A stretch of DNA of 64,000 bases from NCBI RefSeq assembly GCF_006345805.1, contig NC_043004.1:27156001-27220000 (forward strand). The letters run 5' to 3'. Shown here piece by piece: positions 52,340 to 64,000 of this stretch (the stretch's first letter is position 1; every line of letters starts with the position of its first letter). The notes under the pieces are model-generated. The model ran no database searches. It was not told the origin of the DNA and was given only the letters and a program-made list of their open reading frames with translations. The stretch is from Octopus sinensis (taxonomy: Eukaryota). The position numbers were made by a program, and so were the translations under genes.

Positions 52340-52948
52340 TGAAAATTAAAGAAAAAATATAATATGTAAACCATACTTGACATTGATGCCACCATAGAAA
52401 CCATCAAGCAAAAGGTATGTGCTAAAGCTGTCCACATAACAAGGTATGAAAAGCTCATTAGATTCTTCAAGGACAACATGTTCATAAACAACCCAAAACT
52501 TTTTACAGGAAGATAGAGAAAACACCAGTTACAGTAAAGTCTGTCCCGTCAAAAGAAGAAGTGCAGGAATTTTGGAATAAAATTTGGGCAGAAGAAAAAA
52601 CACATAATGAAAAGGCCCCTTGGATTGATAGAATATCTACAGACTTAGACTCCTTAGAGGAGCAAAAGTGGGAGAGTATCAAGGTTGAAGATATAAGATC
52701 TGCTCTCAGGAGGTCAAGCAAATGGAAGTCTCCAGGAAAGGATTAAATTCCTAACTTCTGGTTGAATGCCTTCCCAGAGAGCCATGAACTGCTAACAAAA
52801 CTGTACAACGATGTTTTGCAACATCCTAGTATGATGCTCTCTTGGTTAGTTAATGGTTTAACCTTCCTACTTCCAAAAAAAATGAAGAAAGAAATGAACC
52901 AAAAAATTATAGACTCATAACCTGCTTAACAATAATGTATGAAACACT
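52340..52948 (+). mobile_element. R4/Dong-type LINE fragment (RT N-terminal part)
   Basis: QEFWNKIWAEEKTHNEKAPWI..RSALRRSSKWKSPGKD..NFWLNAF..GLTFLLPK..NYRLITCL. Confidence 0.85.
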
Positions 52949-53244
52949 ATGCAGTGCCAGGCAGTGGCTCTCATGGCTTCTGGTCTTAACTGATCAGAAG
53001 TGTTATGTACAATGTTTTGTCTTGGTATGAAAGATGGGCTACTCAACCTGGAGAAAATTCTAAATGGGCACCATCTGCAGGTCATGCACTGTTTATCTTG
53101 ATATGAGATCACAATGTTGCATACATATGGTTGTGATGCATGTGCCTGGTGTACCCTTATCAGATGAGTAGTCATGATGGGTATACAGGGCTTTGCATAT
53201 TCTATCTCAGTGTCACTTTGATGGCATGCACTGTTCACTCACTC
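52949..53244 (+). mobile_element. (AAT)n-tailed element, copy 3 (internally deleted), fused to the Dong RT fragment
   Basis: Homology to 3168-3275 and 3510-3718. Confidence 0.85.
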
Positions 53245-53313
<69 letters not shown>

Positions 53314-53326
53314 TGCCCATGCCCAT

Positions 53327-53403
53327 GGGCATATGACGTAGTGCTTAAGTGCACAGGCTACTAACACCAAGATTCCAAGTTCAAATCCAAGTGGTGATCT
53401 GAA
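53327..53403 (+). other. tRNA-like (Pol III) head of a short element
   Basis: A-box-like tgacgtagtgc (53334-53344), B box GTTCAAATCC (53379-53388); no CCA or oligo-T terminator, followed by (GAT/AAT)n. Confidence 0.55.
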
Positions 53404-53456
53404 CAATGATGATGATGATGGTGCTGATGATGGTGATGATGATGATGATGGTGCTG

Positions 53457-53681
53457 ATAAAAGATGGGCTACAGCAAATATTCTGCTCAATACCACAAAT
53501 TTGCTTGCCAGTTGTTTGACCTTAACCAGTTGGGCAGATATGAGATCACCATGTCGCACACATATGGTTGTAATGCATGTGCCTGGTGTACCCTTATCAG
53601 ACGGGTAGTCAAGATGGGTATACTGGGCTTCATATATTTTACCCCAGTGTCACTTTGATGGCATGCACTGCTCTCTCACTC
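53457..53681 (+). mobile_element. (AAT)n-tailed element, copy 4 (5'-truncated, internally deleted)
   Basis: Homology to 3250-3325 and 3570-3718. Confidence 0.85.
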
Positions 53682-53711
53682 AATAATGATAATAATAACA
53701 TTGAAAAATAC

Positions 53712-53750
53712 CTGATGAAGGCTAGAGGCTATATCAGCCGAAACATTGTG
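53712..53750 (+). ncRNA. Degenerate minimal hammerhead motif
   Basis: CTGATGA-a-GGCT..AGCC-GAAAC; stem III (ACAT rather than ACGT) and stem I are disrupted. Confidence 0.5.
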
Positions 53751-54324
53751 TTAACAACAAACAAGATGAGGACAAATATCCATCAAATGTAAATAATGTA
53801 CATAATTCCTCATTCTTAAATATAGGTTGTACTGGGTTACATGTTACCAGTAGCAAACGAGTGACTGAAGAGTGACCTGACTAATACACTCACACACACA
53901 CACTCACATACACACATACACACATACATGCATACATAAACATATATAAAAAGGTTATCTTGATCTCCAACTTAACATGTGAGGTTGTGCCAAAACACAG
54001 AATACTGTGTTATTTATCTTGAGAGGTTATCTTGTAGGCCTTGTGGTTCATATAAGCAAACGTAATTATAATGCTATAATTACAATATAAATAAGAATGC
54101 TTTTATGCACCATGAGTCCATGTGAAAGATCCTCTCTTGGTAAATAAAGCAGTATTCTGTGTTCTCACACAATCCTACATGTTAAGTTGGAGATCAAGAT
54201 TTCCTTCTGGTATTCATACTGCTTTTATCACTATTAATCCCACCAAAATTTATACACACTTTAGCAGTTGATAATTCAATTGATGTTTTTTTGCCTTTCG
54301 AGATGAAACCCATTGGAATTAATG

Positions 54325-55464
54325 ATGGCAATCAGACTAAGCTTTGAACAAAGGAAATTCATTCTACAATGCTTCTGGAAGTGTCAAAACGCAGTTGAAG
54401 TGCAAAGACAGTTTAAGAAGGAGTTTCAAACAGATCCACCAATGTGACTTATCATCACTAAAATTAGATATAAGTTTGAAGCCAATGGAACAGTTCAGAA
54501 TGTCCATGGGAAGCATTCTGGAAGACCATGAACATCAACAACTCCCACAAAGCAAGGTGTGTTGGAAACATATCACCAAAGTCCAAGAAAATCTGTGCAT
54601 CAAGCGAGTCGTGAGGTAGGCATTTCAAAACTGTCCAATGCTTTATAGAGCGTTGCTATTGGAAAAGTAACGTTCCAAGATTAGCCCATGCTATTAATAA
54701 CAATGATCGAGACTGAAGAGTGCAGTATTTCGGGTGGTACTTGGCATGATGTGTAGAAGATGCACATTTTCTAACAAAGATTGTGTGGAGTGATGAGGCC
54801 ACATTCAAATAGTTCAATCAACCACCACAACTGCACCTTCTGGGGACCTGAGAATCCACATGTTATGGTGGAACACCATGTTAATTTACCAGGATTTACA
54901 GTGTGGTGTGGCTTATCATTAAGAGGATTAATTGTACCATTCCTTTTTGACACTACTGTAACTGGTCCCATTTACTTGAACTTGCTGCAACAGTGTGTCA
55001 TGCCAAGTATTAGAGAAGACTTTGAAGATGAGGAGTTTTATTTTCAGCAAGATGGGGCACCCCCACACTACCATCACAATGTTAGATCCTTCCTTGATGA
55101 GATCTTGCCAAACAGGTGGATTGGACGAAGGGGTTTCATTGGATACCGTACATGATCACCAGACCTCATACCAATAGACTTTTTTAGGGGGATACCTAAA
55201 AGAGAAAGTCTATGCTATGAAACCTGCAACAGTCACTGATTTGAGAGGAGCCATTGAACGAGAATGCACACAAATACCAAACCAATTGTTTTGTGATGTT
55301 TGCAATTCCAATGCTTCACATTGTCAGCAGTGCCTGGACCAGAACAGACTTCAGTTTGAAAACAAGGTTTGACAAAGCAATAAAATAATGTCTGTAGATT
55401 CTATTAAATTTTGAAAATGAAATTTATTTTAATAAAGTCCTACTTTACAATTGAGAACACCCTG
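54325..55464 (+). mobile_element. rosa-type (DD41D) Tc1/mariner transposon remnant
   Basis: MAIRLSFEQRKFILQCF.., [31 protein letters not shown] with 41 positions between the 2nd and 3rd D; right end gaacaccctg (CAGGGTG TIR). Confidence 0.85.
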
Positions 55465-55511
55465 TGTGTCTATATATGTATATATACATACATATTATTT
55501 ATATCTATACT

Positions 55512-55545
<34 letters not shown>

Positions 55546-55763
55546 CATACATATATATATGTATATATATACATACACATACATACATATATTTATATAC
55601 ATACACACATATATATATATATACATATACATGTATATACATACATATATATATGTATATATACATGAATACACATATATATATATATTCTTTTATTCTT
55701 TTACTTGTTTCATACACACATGCACACATACACACACACACACGCATATACATGCATAATGTA

Positions 55764-56070
55764 TGAGACCTTAGATAAGTGTCTTCTGCTATTGCCTCTG
55801 ACCAACCATTGAGTGGCTTTGGTAGATAGAAACTGAAAGACGTCTGTCATATGTGTGTGTGTGTGTGTGTTATTGTTTGTCCCCCACCACTGCTTAACAT
55901 CCAACGTCGGTGTTTACATCCCTGTAATTTAGTGGTTTGGCGAAAAGACTTATTGAATAAGTACCAGGCTTAAAAAAAAATATTCTGGGATCAATTCATT
56001 CAATTAAAATTTCTTCAAGGTGGTGCTCCAGCATGGCTGGATTCAAATGACTGAAAGAAGTAGTAAGATA
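55764..56070 (+). mobile_element. SINE family A, 5'-truncated and diverged
   Basis: gaccttagataagtgtcttctgctat...ggtggtgctccagcatggc..aaatgactgaaa. Confidence 0.75.
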
Positions 56071-58007
56071 AATGATACACACACACACACACATACACGC
56101 AAAAGAAATTAGCTGAAAAGGACAGGATGAATTTATTGATGTGATATATAAACTGTTTAATTAATCTTTTAACGGGTGTACCTTTAGCAGGATTTATAGC
56201 TACAGTTTCATTAGTAGCAATAAATGAATAGAAAGTAAATCTCTTCCTGGATAGACATAACTAATCAATCACTGGTAACTTTCTCTCGAATAATCTAGAT
56301 ATTGTGATTTTCCAAGCTGAAGAAATAAGTCATTGAAATCCATAGTTGCTTCCTGAACAATAGACTACATTCATTTCTAATTTGTTCTAATGTGGCTCAG
56401 TTTTTCTTTTATGCTGATGATGATATTGTTTTTGTTGCAGCAGCTGATACTACTACTACTACTGCTACTACTATTGTTATTTTTGTTGTTGTTGTTGTTG
56501 TTGTTAATGATAATGATGATGATAATGATGATGGCGATGATTACGACAATGACGATTATGATAATGATGATTTTAATCATGTTGGCAATAGCTTGCCAGA
56601 GAAACAGACAACCTGATCTTTTATTATCTGTAATCTCTTGATTGGCACAATGGTTTGTAATCCCATCTATCAGCCTGGATTAACCTGGAAATAATATCTC
56701 GTTTCAGTGATGAACTGATCAATATAATTTGCAGAACATTAAACTTTCCATTCGGTTAACGCTTGAAAGTTTGTTGATCATATCAACAGGACCAAGTGGA
56801 ACTCTGTTTGTGCATGAAAATGATGTATACAAGCACCAGATTAAGTTAACGTTCACCAACCACATGTTGCCTCCATAACTTTTAGTTTGGTTAAACTTTT
56901 TTATTCCCTTGCTTTTTCCTTTATCATAGATTTTCCCCACAATAGCTTAGAACAATATTTCTCAACTAATTTTCACAGAAACTTCCCCTTACTTTTCCTG
57001 AAAAACCTCAAAACCCTTTCTCAATCCACTTCACTGATTATAATGCTGGCTCTCATATATTTTTTGCCCATTTTTCTCTTTCCTTTAGTGATATTGTTTT
57101 ATATTTTAAGTTGTTTAACCATTAACAATCCCAGAAGCAACCACCTCATCCTGCCAAGCTGTATTAAAACTTTGTGTTCCTTGTTATACCTGGACAGTTT
57201 GCACATATCTGGCAGCTTCATTAATGTGCTGATTTACCTTGCTGGAAGGTAACCGTTCTTGTATTCATTAGAAGATTGATGATGTGAGGGTACAGTAGAT
57301 AATAAAGCTGATGATGTGAGGGTACAGTAGTGGCAAGGAGATATGTACCATGATGATGGTTGTGGTAGAAGTGGCAGTGGAGGTTGTTGAGGTGGTTGTG
57401 TTGGTGATGATCACATCAGTGATGAAGACAGCAGCAATGACTACAATGATGATGATGATGAAAACGGTGGTGGTGATAATGGTAATAATGCTGGTGATGA
57501 TGAAGATAATAATAATAATGATAATGATGAGGGTGATGATGAAAGAGTTAGTGAAGTTAACAGTGGTGATGGTGCTGGTGGCGACGATAATGATGATGAT
57601 GATGACTATTGCTGTCAACATAATCAAACGAAATCTAGTAAGCTGCAATAGTGATGTCAGTGATTATATCCAGTGTGTAATCATTTAATCCACCTGAAGG
57701 TTGTAGTGAGCTTTCACTGATCAAAACATCAAACCTACCTAACAATAACTCTTGTTCTATGAATAGCACACACACACATGTACACATGTATACTCATGCA
57801 TATATATACTCATATACACAAATGCACAAACACACACGCTCACATACAGATATACACACTCATACACAAGCACATCTATACACACATTATATATGTACAT
57901 ATCCCTTCACACACATACTCAGTTCTATATGATTTTTCATCTCTCTCTTGTTTCAGTGATTAGACTGCACACATGCTGGGACATGCATTTTGATGTCGAC
58001 ATAAGTT

Positions 58008-58102
58008 CCTTGATTTTCCTGATGAGAAATCTGCATAATGTACTCCTTATTCCTTCGGAATTAGGAATATGCTGCCTTCGAAACATATGTCGAGAATAAA
58101 GG
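58008..58102 (+). ncRNA. Type I hammerhead ribozyme, intact core
   Basis: Stem I 58008-58018/58092-58102 (10 of 11 pairs), CTGATGA 58019-58025, long stem II (GAA/TTC, GCATA/TATGC, TCCT/AGGA, ATTCC/GGAAT), GAAA 58080-58083, palindromic ACATATGT, GUC site 58089-58091. Confidence 0.85.
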
Positions 58103-59649
58103 ATATTTGTTAACTAGTCGTTCAACTCCATTCTTTCATATACTTAATTTTTACATATATATATATATATATACACACATATATATAAATGGTATATTTA
58201 TACTCATTATTACTATCATCATTTTACATTAAGTGACATGTGATGATGATAATGATAATATGTATAAAGTGAGCTGTTGCACACAATCTCAAAGTGATTT
58301 GTTTACACTACTGAAAGCTTGTACAGCCTCATCCACAGATTGCACTGTCAAACTAGTACCAGTACCATGTTTATCTGGCTGTACTCTGTATTTGTTGCTA
58401 TAGTTAGAGATAATCACATTATTTGACTAGTTAGTGTGCCTCACACACAATAGAAAAGAGGCTAGCTAGGTGGACAGTTGTTGTGAATTTTAGGGGGCCT
58501 TGCTCCCTCAGTTACCAGGAAGGGATTGATGCTTAATAATATACAGATGCATAAAGTATAATTGTAAGAGAGAAATTATAAAGAAGAAATGTTAAGAAGG
58601 ATTATGTTTTATCGAGAACATTCTGAACAAAATACTAACTCCCCCACACACAGAGACAGACAGTCAGACAGACACATACACACACACACACACTCACTCA
58701 CACAAATACGTATTAGTATACATATATAGACACACATATCCATTTACAAACACATATGTATGCATAAATATGTATACATACATACACAAACATACTCACA
58801 TACACACAAGCATACCTAGGATACGCATAGACACATATCATCAAAAATTCAGTCTTTATGCAAGAAAATACAATTTTTCCGATTGATAAAGATGAATAGA
58901 AATTTTTTTGAAATGTTAAAAGAAAAAATATAAAGACAAATTCTAAAAAAATATAACTTGAAAGTAAAATAGAAAGAAATTGAAATAAAACTTTCCTAGA
59001 ACAAAAATGAGTTGTTTGTTTTTTGTCCCATTTATTATTGTATTGTAGAATATAATTTCAAATGATTTTAATGTTTTTCTTTTATTTTTCTGACCATGAA
59101 ACTGATAAAGAAGAAATGGAAGAATTCACTACTTTGAAATTATTATTGATTTTTTGTGATTGAGAAGATGAGAAATTTTTTCTGACAGTGATATCTATAC
59201 GGAGCTGTGCTATTGAGTTGATTGATCACCATATATTACTGATATTCAGAGGAATCAATGAAGGAGCACCTATGTAGTTAGTTAACCAGTTAGATAATAC
59301 CAGCTAAAGTTCTTTCTTATACCAAATTTTATTGTCTTTTAAAAAAGGACATCTTGAATAATGTCATTCAATTTGCATTGTCAAAGTAAAAAATGGCATG
59401 AGCAAAGCTGTTTTGAGTTTCATTATTGGCTTTTGTTTTTGAGATCTGATGTGGTTCTAAAGATCAACAACTATAACAATTGCTATTTTATCAACCTTGG
59501 GGAGTTTGTAAGTATCAATACAGTTGTATGATGAAGAAGGTTGTTTCAATGATGTGTAGGGCTCAGTTTAATCCCACAGCAGGGAACCTCGGTGAAAAAA
59601 TTCTGCACAGTCTTTGGTTGATCCAAATGTAACTGGATTGATAGAGGTT

Positions 59650-60415
59650 ATGGAAGTCTATCAGAATGAGTGTACCTGTCTTTCATCACCTTCAGCTGCA
59701 CACTTATTGGTGAGGTACTCAGCAGGATGGCTGAGCCTGATGTGACCTGGGAACTGGAGTCAGCTTTGGCTGATTGGACCGTTGAATGTCTCACCATCCC
59801 CCAGAATACAGATGTCCTATGTAACTGAAACAACATTAATTCAAAAATCTACCTTCAGGCAGACTGAGACATTTTTTGACCAGTATTATCTTGCCATCCT
59901 CCATTTCACTTTGCAGCTAAACAGTAGTACTTGACATAATTCGGTACCTTCCTCACTAACTGGTACCCTTCTTGATAATGAGTGCACTCGTAAGTCACAC
60001 AAATGGAGTTTGTAGAGCTGTAGTTGACAAATTCGGTTTGCATCTGATATCCTGTAGCAACAGCAAGGGCTGGTTACTCCAACATGCCACTCTGAATAAC
60101 ATAATGAGAAGTGACCTTGATGTGGATAACTTCCTGTCACAACTGGCCATCAGGTATCGTTATGGGTATCACCACCTATAATGTGGAGGAGAAGAAGATA
60201 ACCAAATACACGCATTTGACCAGCTGCTATCTATCTGTTCATACTAATTGCCATCAAAACCTCGGGTGTTCTCAGGCTCCACGTTGTTGATTTCCTCCAT
60301 AAAATCAGGATGACAGCCATCCATCTTAGGCATGAGCCTCACAAGCCTGTTGAAGTAAGTTTCACAGACCATTCTTCATGGCAATGCATTTGCAATTATG
60401 TTTGCAAGGCACAGC
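59650..60415 (+). mobile_element. CRE-like (RLE) non-LTR retrotransposon 3' remnant
   Basis: VDKFGLHLISCSNSKGWLLQHATLNNIMRSDL (CCHC/RH..N-like motif); EEKKITKY.HL..LIAIKTSGV; HGNAFAI end. Confidence 0.6.
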
Positions 60416-61289
60416 TGAACATACCACTCAGATTATGGTATACAACCTATTACTCCCCCATCGCCCTATCTTTCATTATTTAACTCCTCCTTTCCCCCGG
60501 CTTTTCTTTTGCTTTGTTTCCTTGTTGAAGTAATTCAGGAATTTTTTCAATAATTTAATTGTTTATGCTTTTAATTCTTTTCTTTCTTTTTTTCCTGTTT
60601 TTTTTCTTATGATTGCTTTATTTTTTTCATATATTTGTTGTTTACAGTTATTTTATAAGTTGAAAGATCAAGTCTCTCCCACAGTTATTTTTTAGTATTG
60701 AGTCAGACATTGGTAGCTTTTTATAGTGTAATACTACCTGCAAATATGTTTTTGTTCAAAATATAATCAGACTGCTGCTATACTAGAAAGACCTCCACAT
60801 TCCAAAGTAGAGTTAGTTATATGGTCTCCAGTACATAGTTTAATAATCTGGGAAGTACGAGAGTCTAGGAGGACTTAGGGAGAATTCAGACTCAGCAAGG
60901 AACCTAACCAATTCTATAGCCAACCTTGACACCTAACTGATTTTATCATCCATTCACCTACCCACTCATTACACTCTACCAACTGTACTGTTCAACCACC
61001 ATCCAATACTCCAAGTTCTACCATCCACCATGACATACTATCAATTCTGTCATCCACCACCATAATGCTCTCCTACTTTTACCTTCTACCAACATATTTA
61101 GATTCATAAATGAATTTATATGAGACCCTTATGCTAGTGCATACTAATTTAGTTAGTCTTGAGGTTTGGTGACAACAAGTCTCCTCAAATCTCAAGAATC
61201 TTCATTAAGATTCTGGTAGAATATCATTAGGTTCTTTTCTGCAGGTTGACAATGTGTATCATCATGGTCATCAAGGTCATCATTATTAT

Positions 61290-61510
61290 TAAGGTGGCAA
61301 GCTGGCAGAATTGTTAGCATGCCAAGTGAAATGCTGCTGAGCATTTCATCTATCTTCATGTTCTGAGTTCAAATTCCACTAAGGTCGACTTTGCCTTTCA
61401 TCCTATAGAGATCAATAAAATAAATACCAGTTGAGCACTGAGGGTGGATGTAATCAGCTTACACCCTCCCCCAAACTTGCTGGTCTTGTGCCAAAATTTG
61501 AAGTCATAAT
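61290..61510 (+). mobile_element. SINE family B, full length
   Basis: ttattaaggtggcaagctggcagaattg..ctgagttcaaattcc..gtcttgtgccaaaatttgaa. Confidence 0.85.
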
Positions 61511-62606
61511 TATCACTATTGTTGTTGACACATTGCCAAAGATTGAATTTTTAGATTTACTTCTATCAAAAAACTCCTCAAAAATCAATAGCCATGATTT
61601 AGGTTTGTATCTGTACATTACTTAAATGGAACTATGGACTGTGGCTACCAACAACATATGTTGTCTGGGAGAAGAATATTAAGAAATAGTATTTCTAGGT
61701 ACGTACATGCCCATGGAAACCTGGCAACAGTTGTAAGCCAGATCAGAAATGCAGGCTCTGTGATAGATTGTTGTACCTTTGTGTTTCTTTTCATATGTTG
61801 TATTCTATCTCTGTGTGAGGCTGACTTTTATCTAGCACACTTTGTTTACAAAGTCTTTTATGTTAACTAAAACAAAGAAAAGCCAAACATCTTGTGGCAG
61901 CAAAGAAACTTCTGAAAATTTGCTTGATTACTTACATATAACAGTCATGTCTCCTTCAAATTATGCCACACCATTTGAAAAGCATGAAGGTAATGTAAGA
62001 TATTGTAGTCCTATAAGTTGTAAGTTTGTATAGCACACTGGCTTGTTTACAATCTTTCTATCTTTGACTGGAGATTTCTTCTATTGCTGCTAATTTCTGG
62101 CTAACGTAGAACAACACAAACAACATCAGCCAATATAGTGTGCAGATTAATATTTTTCCATCATGAATAAATACCTCTGGGAATGCCACTGCTTAGGATT
62201 AGGGTGCCTTTGAAATGTTAAAGATGTGTTTCAGATCCTAACATCAAATCTCACTTGAAACGTAGTTAAAAGCTCCAAATTCTCCGTGGTCCCATCTGCT
62301 AAATGGTATATAGATATCATGACATTCTACTGAGTAATTAATGACTTCTTTCAAATTCTATCACAACAGAATTCAACCTGTGGCTCTTAAGAAAGCAACT
62401 GCAGGAAAATAGAAAAATCATGCCAGAGCATTCTTCTTTGATTCCTTATGACCTGCTAGGTTATAGAAAATAACCACAAACAATACATTGCTGCCAATGT
62501 AATTATTTAACAATCCTATTCTTAGAAGCAAATTTTAAAATATGGTGTCTCCTGTGAATTTAACTCAACATCAAAAGTATTTGATATTTCCTTGTTTTCC
62601 TGTCAG

Positions 62607-62671
62607 ATTTCATTGGTCGAACAACTCTTCACCCACAACTACATAAAGTTCAGCTTTTGATTTGCTATTAA
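62607..62671 (+). CDS. Possible phase-1 terminal coding exon (D)[20 protein letters not shown]
   Basis: Strong acceptor gatatttccttgttttcctgtcag (AG 62605-62606); no homology recognised. Confidence 0.15.
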
Positions 62672-62713
62672 TTTCATTACTGTATACATACAATTTTTAC
62701 ATGTGTATGTATG

Positions 62714-62757
<44 letters not shown>

Positions 62758-62810
62758 CACATATACACACACATGTATCTGTGTGTGTGTATGTATACAT
62801 GTATAAATAG

Positions 62811-62851
<41 letters not shown>

Positions 62852-64000
62852 CATACATACGCGTGCACGCACACACACACACATATACTTGTATGCCTAT
62901 ATGAATGATATATCTCGTTATATATGTGTGTGCACATGCATGTATACATAAATATTTAAACATACCCACAAATACTTGTATATGTATGTATGTTTTGATG
63001 TGTATGTATGTCTGTCTAACTCTTCGTTCATACATATGTATATACATACATGTCTATGTACTTTTATACATACATATCTACATACGTATGCACACACACA
63101 CACACATTTATGTGTATATGTACATATATGGAGACACAAGTGTCTATGTATTTAAAGAAAATTTATTTACATTTCAGTCTATTGATTTTTACTTTCCAAA
63201 AAGTTTTCACTTCTAAATATTAATCTATTTAGGACTAAAATTAGCCATCAAACATAAACATAAATTATACACACATTTGTGTGTGTGTGTGTGTGTGCAC
63301 ATGCATATATATAATATATATATGCATGCACACATGTGTGTATATGTGTACATATGAGTATATATAATATACAGAGATATACATTATATATATATATATA
63401 TATATACACATATATATATATGTTTATACATGACATACATATATACACACACATGCATACATACATACATATGAAATAACTTTGTATATTATAAAACTTC
63501 TGTAAGTTAAACAAGAATGTAAACACATTCTATTTTATTGATGTGCAGGGAAATAGGGAGTGAGTCTCTTGGCAGACTGTTTCATGGCTGTTGATCACTC
63601 CACAGATAAGATACATCTAGCTTATTTCCCTAATCAGTAGCATTGAATATCTGTTCATAATGTAATCACAAATTAGCTAGTATGATGGTGTACACCATAA
63701 TTTGTACATTTGTGGTTTTGGCAGTTTTTCATTAATCAGACAATATATTCTTATACACCTACTGTTTATATAATGATGAGGTATCGAAGGTGCAAAAATG
63801 CAAATTAGGTTTTCCACTCTGGTGTGCAACCTAATTCATGACTTCTTGATAAGCAGCTGGTATATGGTATTGATTGGGAAATAAACTGGGTACAATTGAT
63901 GACCAGGCCTATTAGAAAGCAACAGAATTGTTGGAAAATTCCTTGCAAATATCTCCAGCTTCCTTAGACGAGCCTGTTTGACACATGAGGTGTGCCAAAG

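Noticed and set aside
53327-53403. Functional tRNA gene
   Set aside because: Degenerate A box, poor acceptor stem, no oligo-T terminator; runs into microsatellite like a SINE head

Overview
AT-rich animal genomic DNA, dense in microsatellites and decayed transposable elements. The repeat style suggests an octopod cephalopod, but that is inference, not a database result. No complete protein-coding gene can be assembled; only a few + strand exon candidates are supportable (a 24-nt microexon at 42585-42608 and a 117-codon non-repetitive ORF at 41583-41936). Non-LTR remnants: Penelope-like GIY-YIG, five R4/Dong-type pieces, three RTE, one CRE-like. Also one Gypsy gag-protease, a piggyBac with a 6x95-bp internal array, Tc1 (DD34E, IR/DR ends), two mariners (one DD34D), rosa-type DD41D, Tigger/pogo, two tRNA-derived SINE families and a ~550-bp (AAT)n-flanked non-coding element. 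The most striking unexplained signal is a set of type I hammerhead ribozyme motifs. Two are fully intact, homologous and have a long stem II (48706-48797 minus, 58008-58102 plus); one is near-intact (49066-49132); several are degenerate and sit inside fold-back elements or downstream of a tRNA-like head. At least nine inverted-repeat/hairpin structures are also present.
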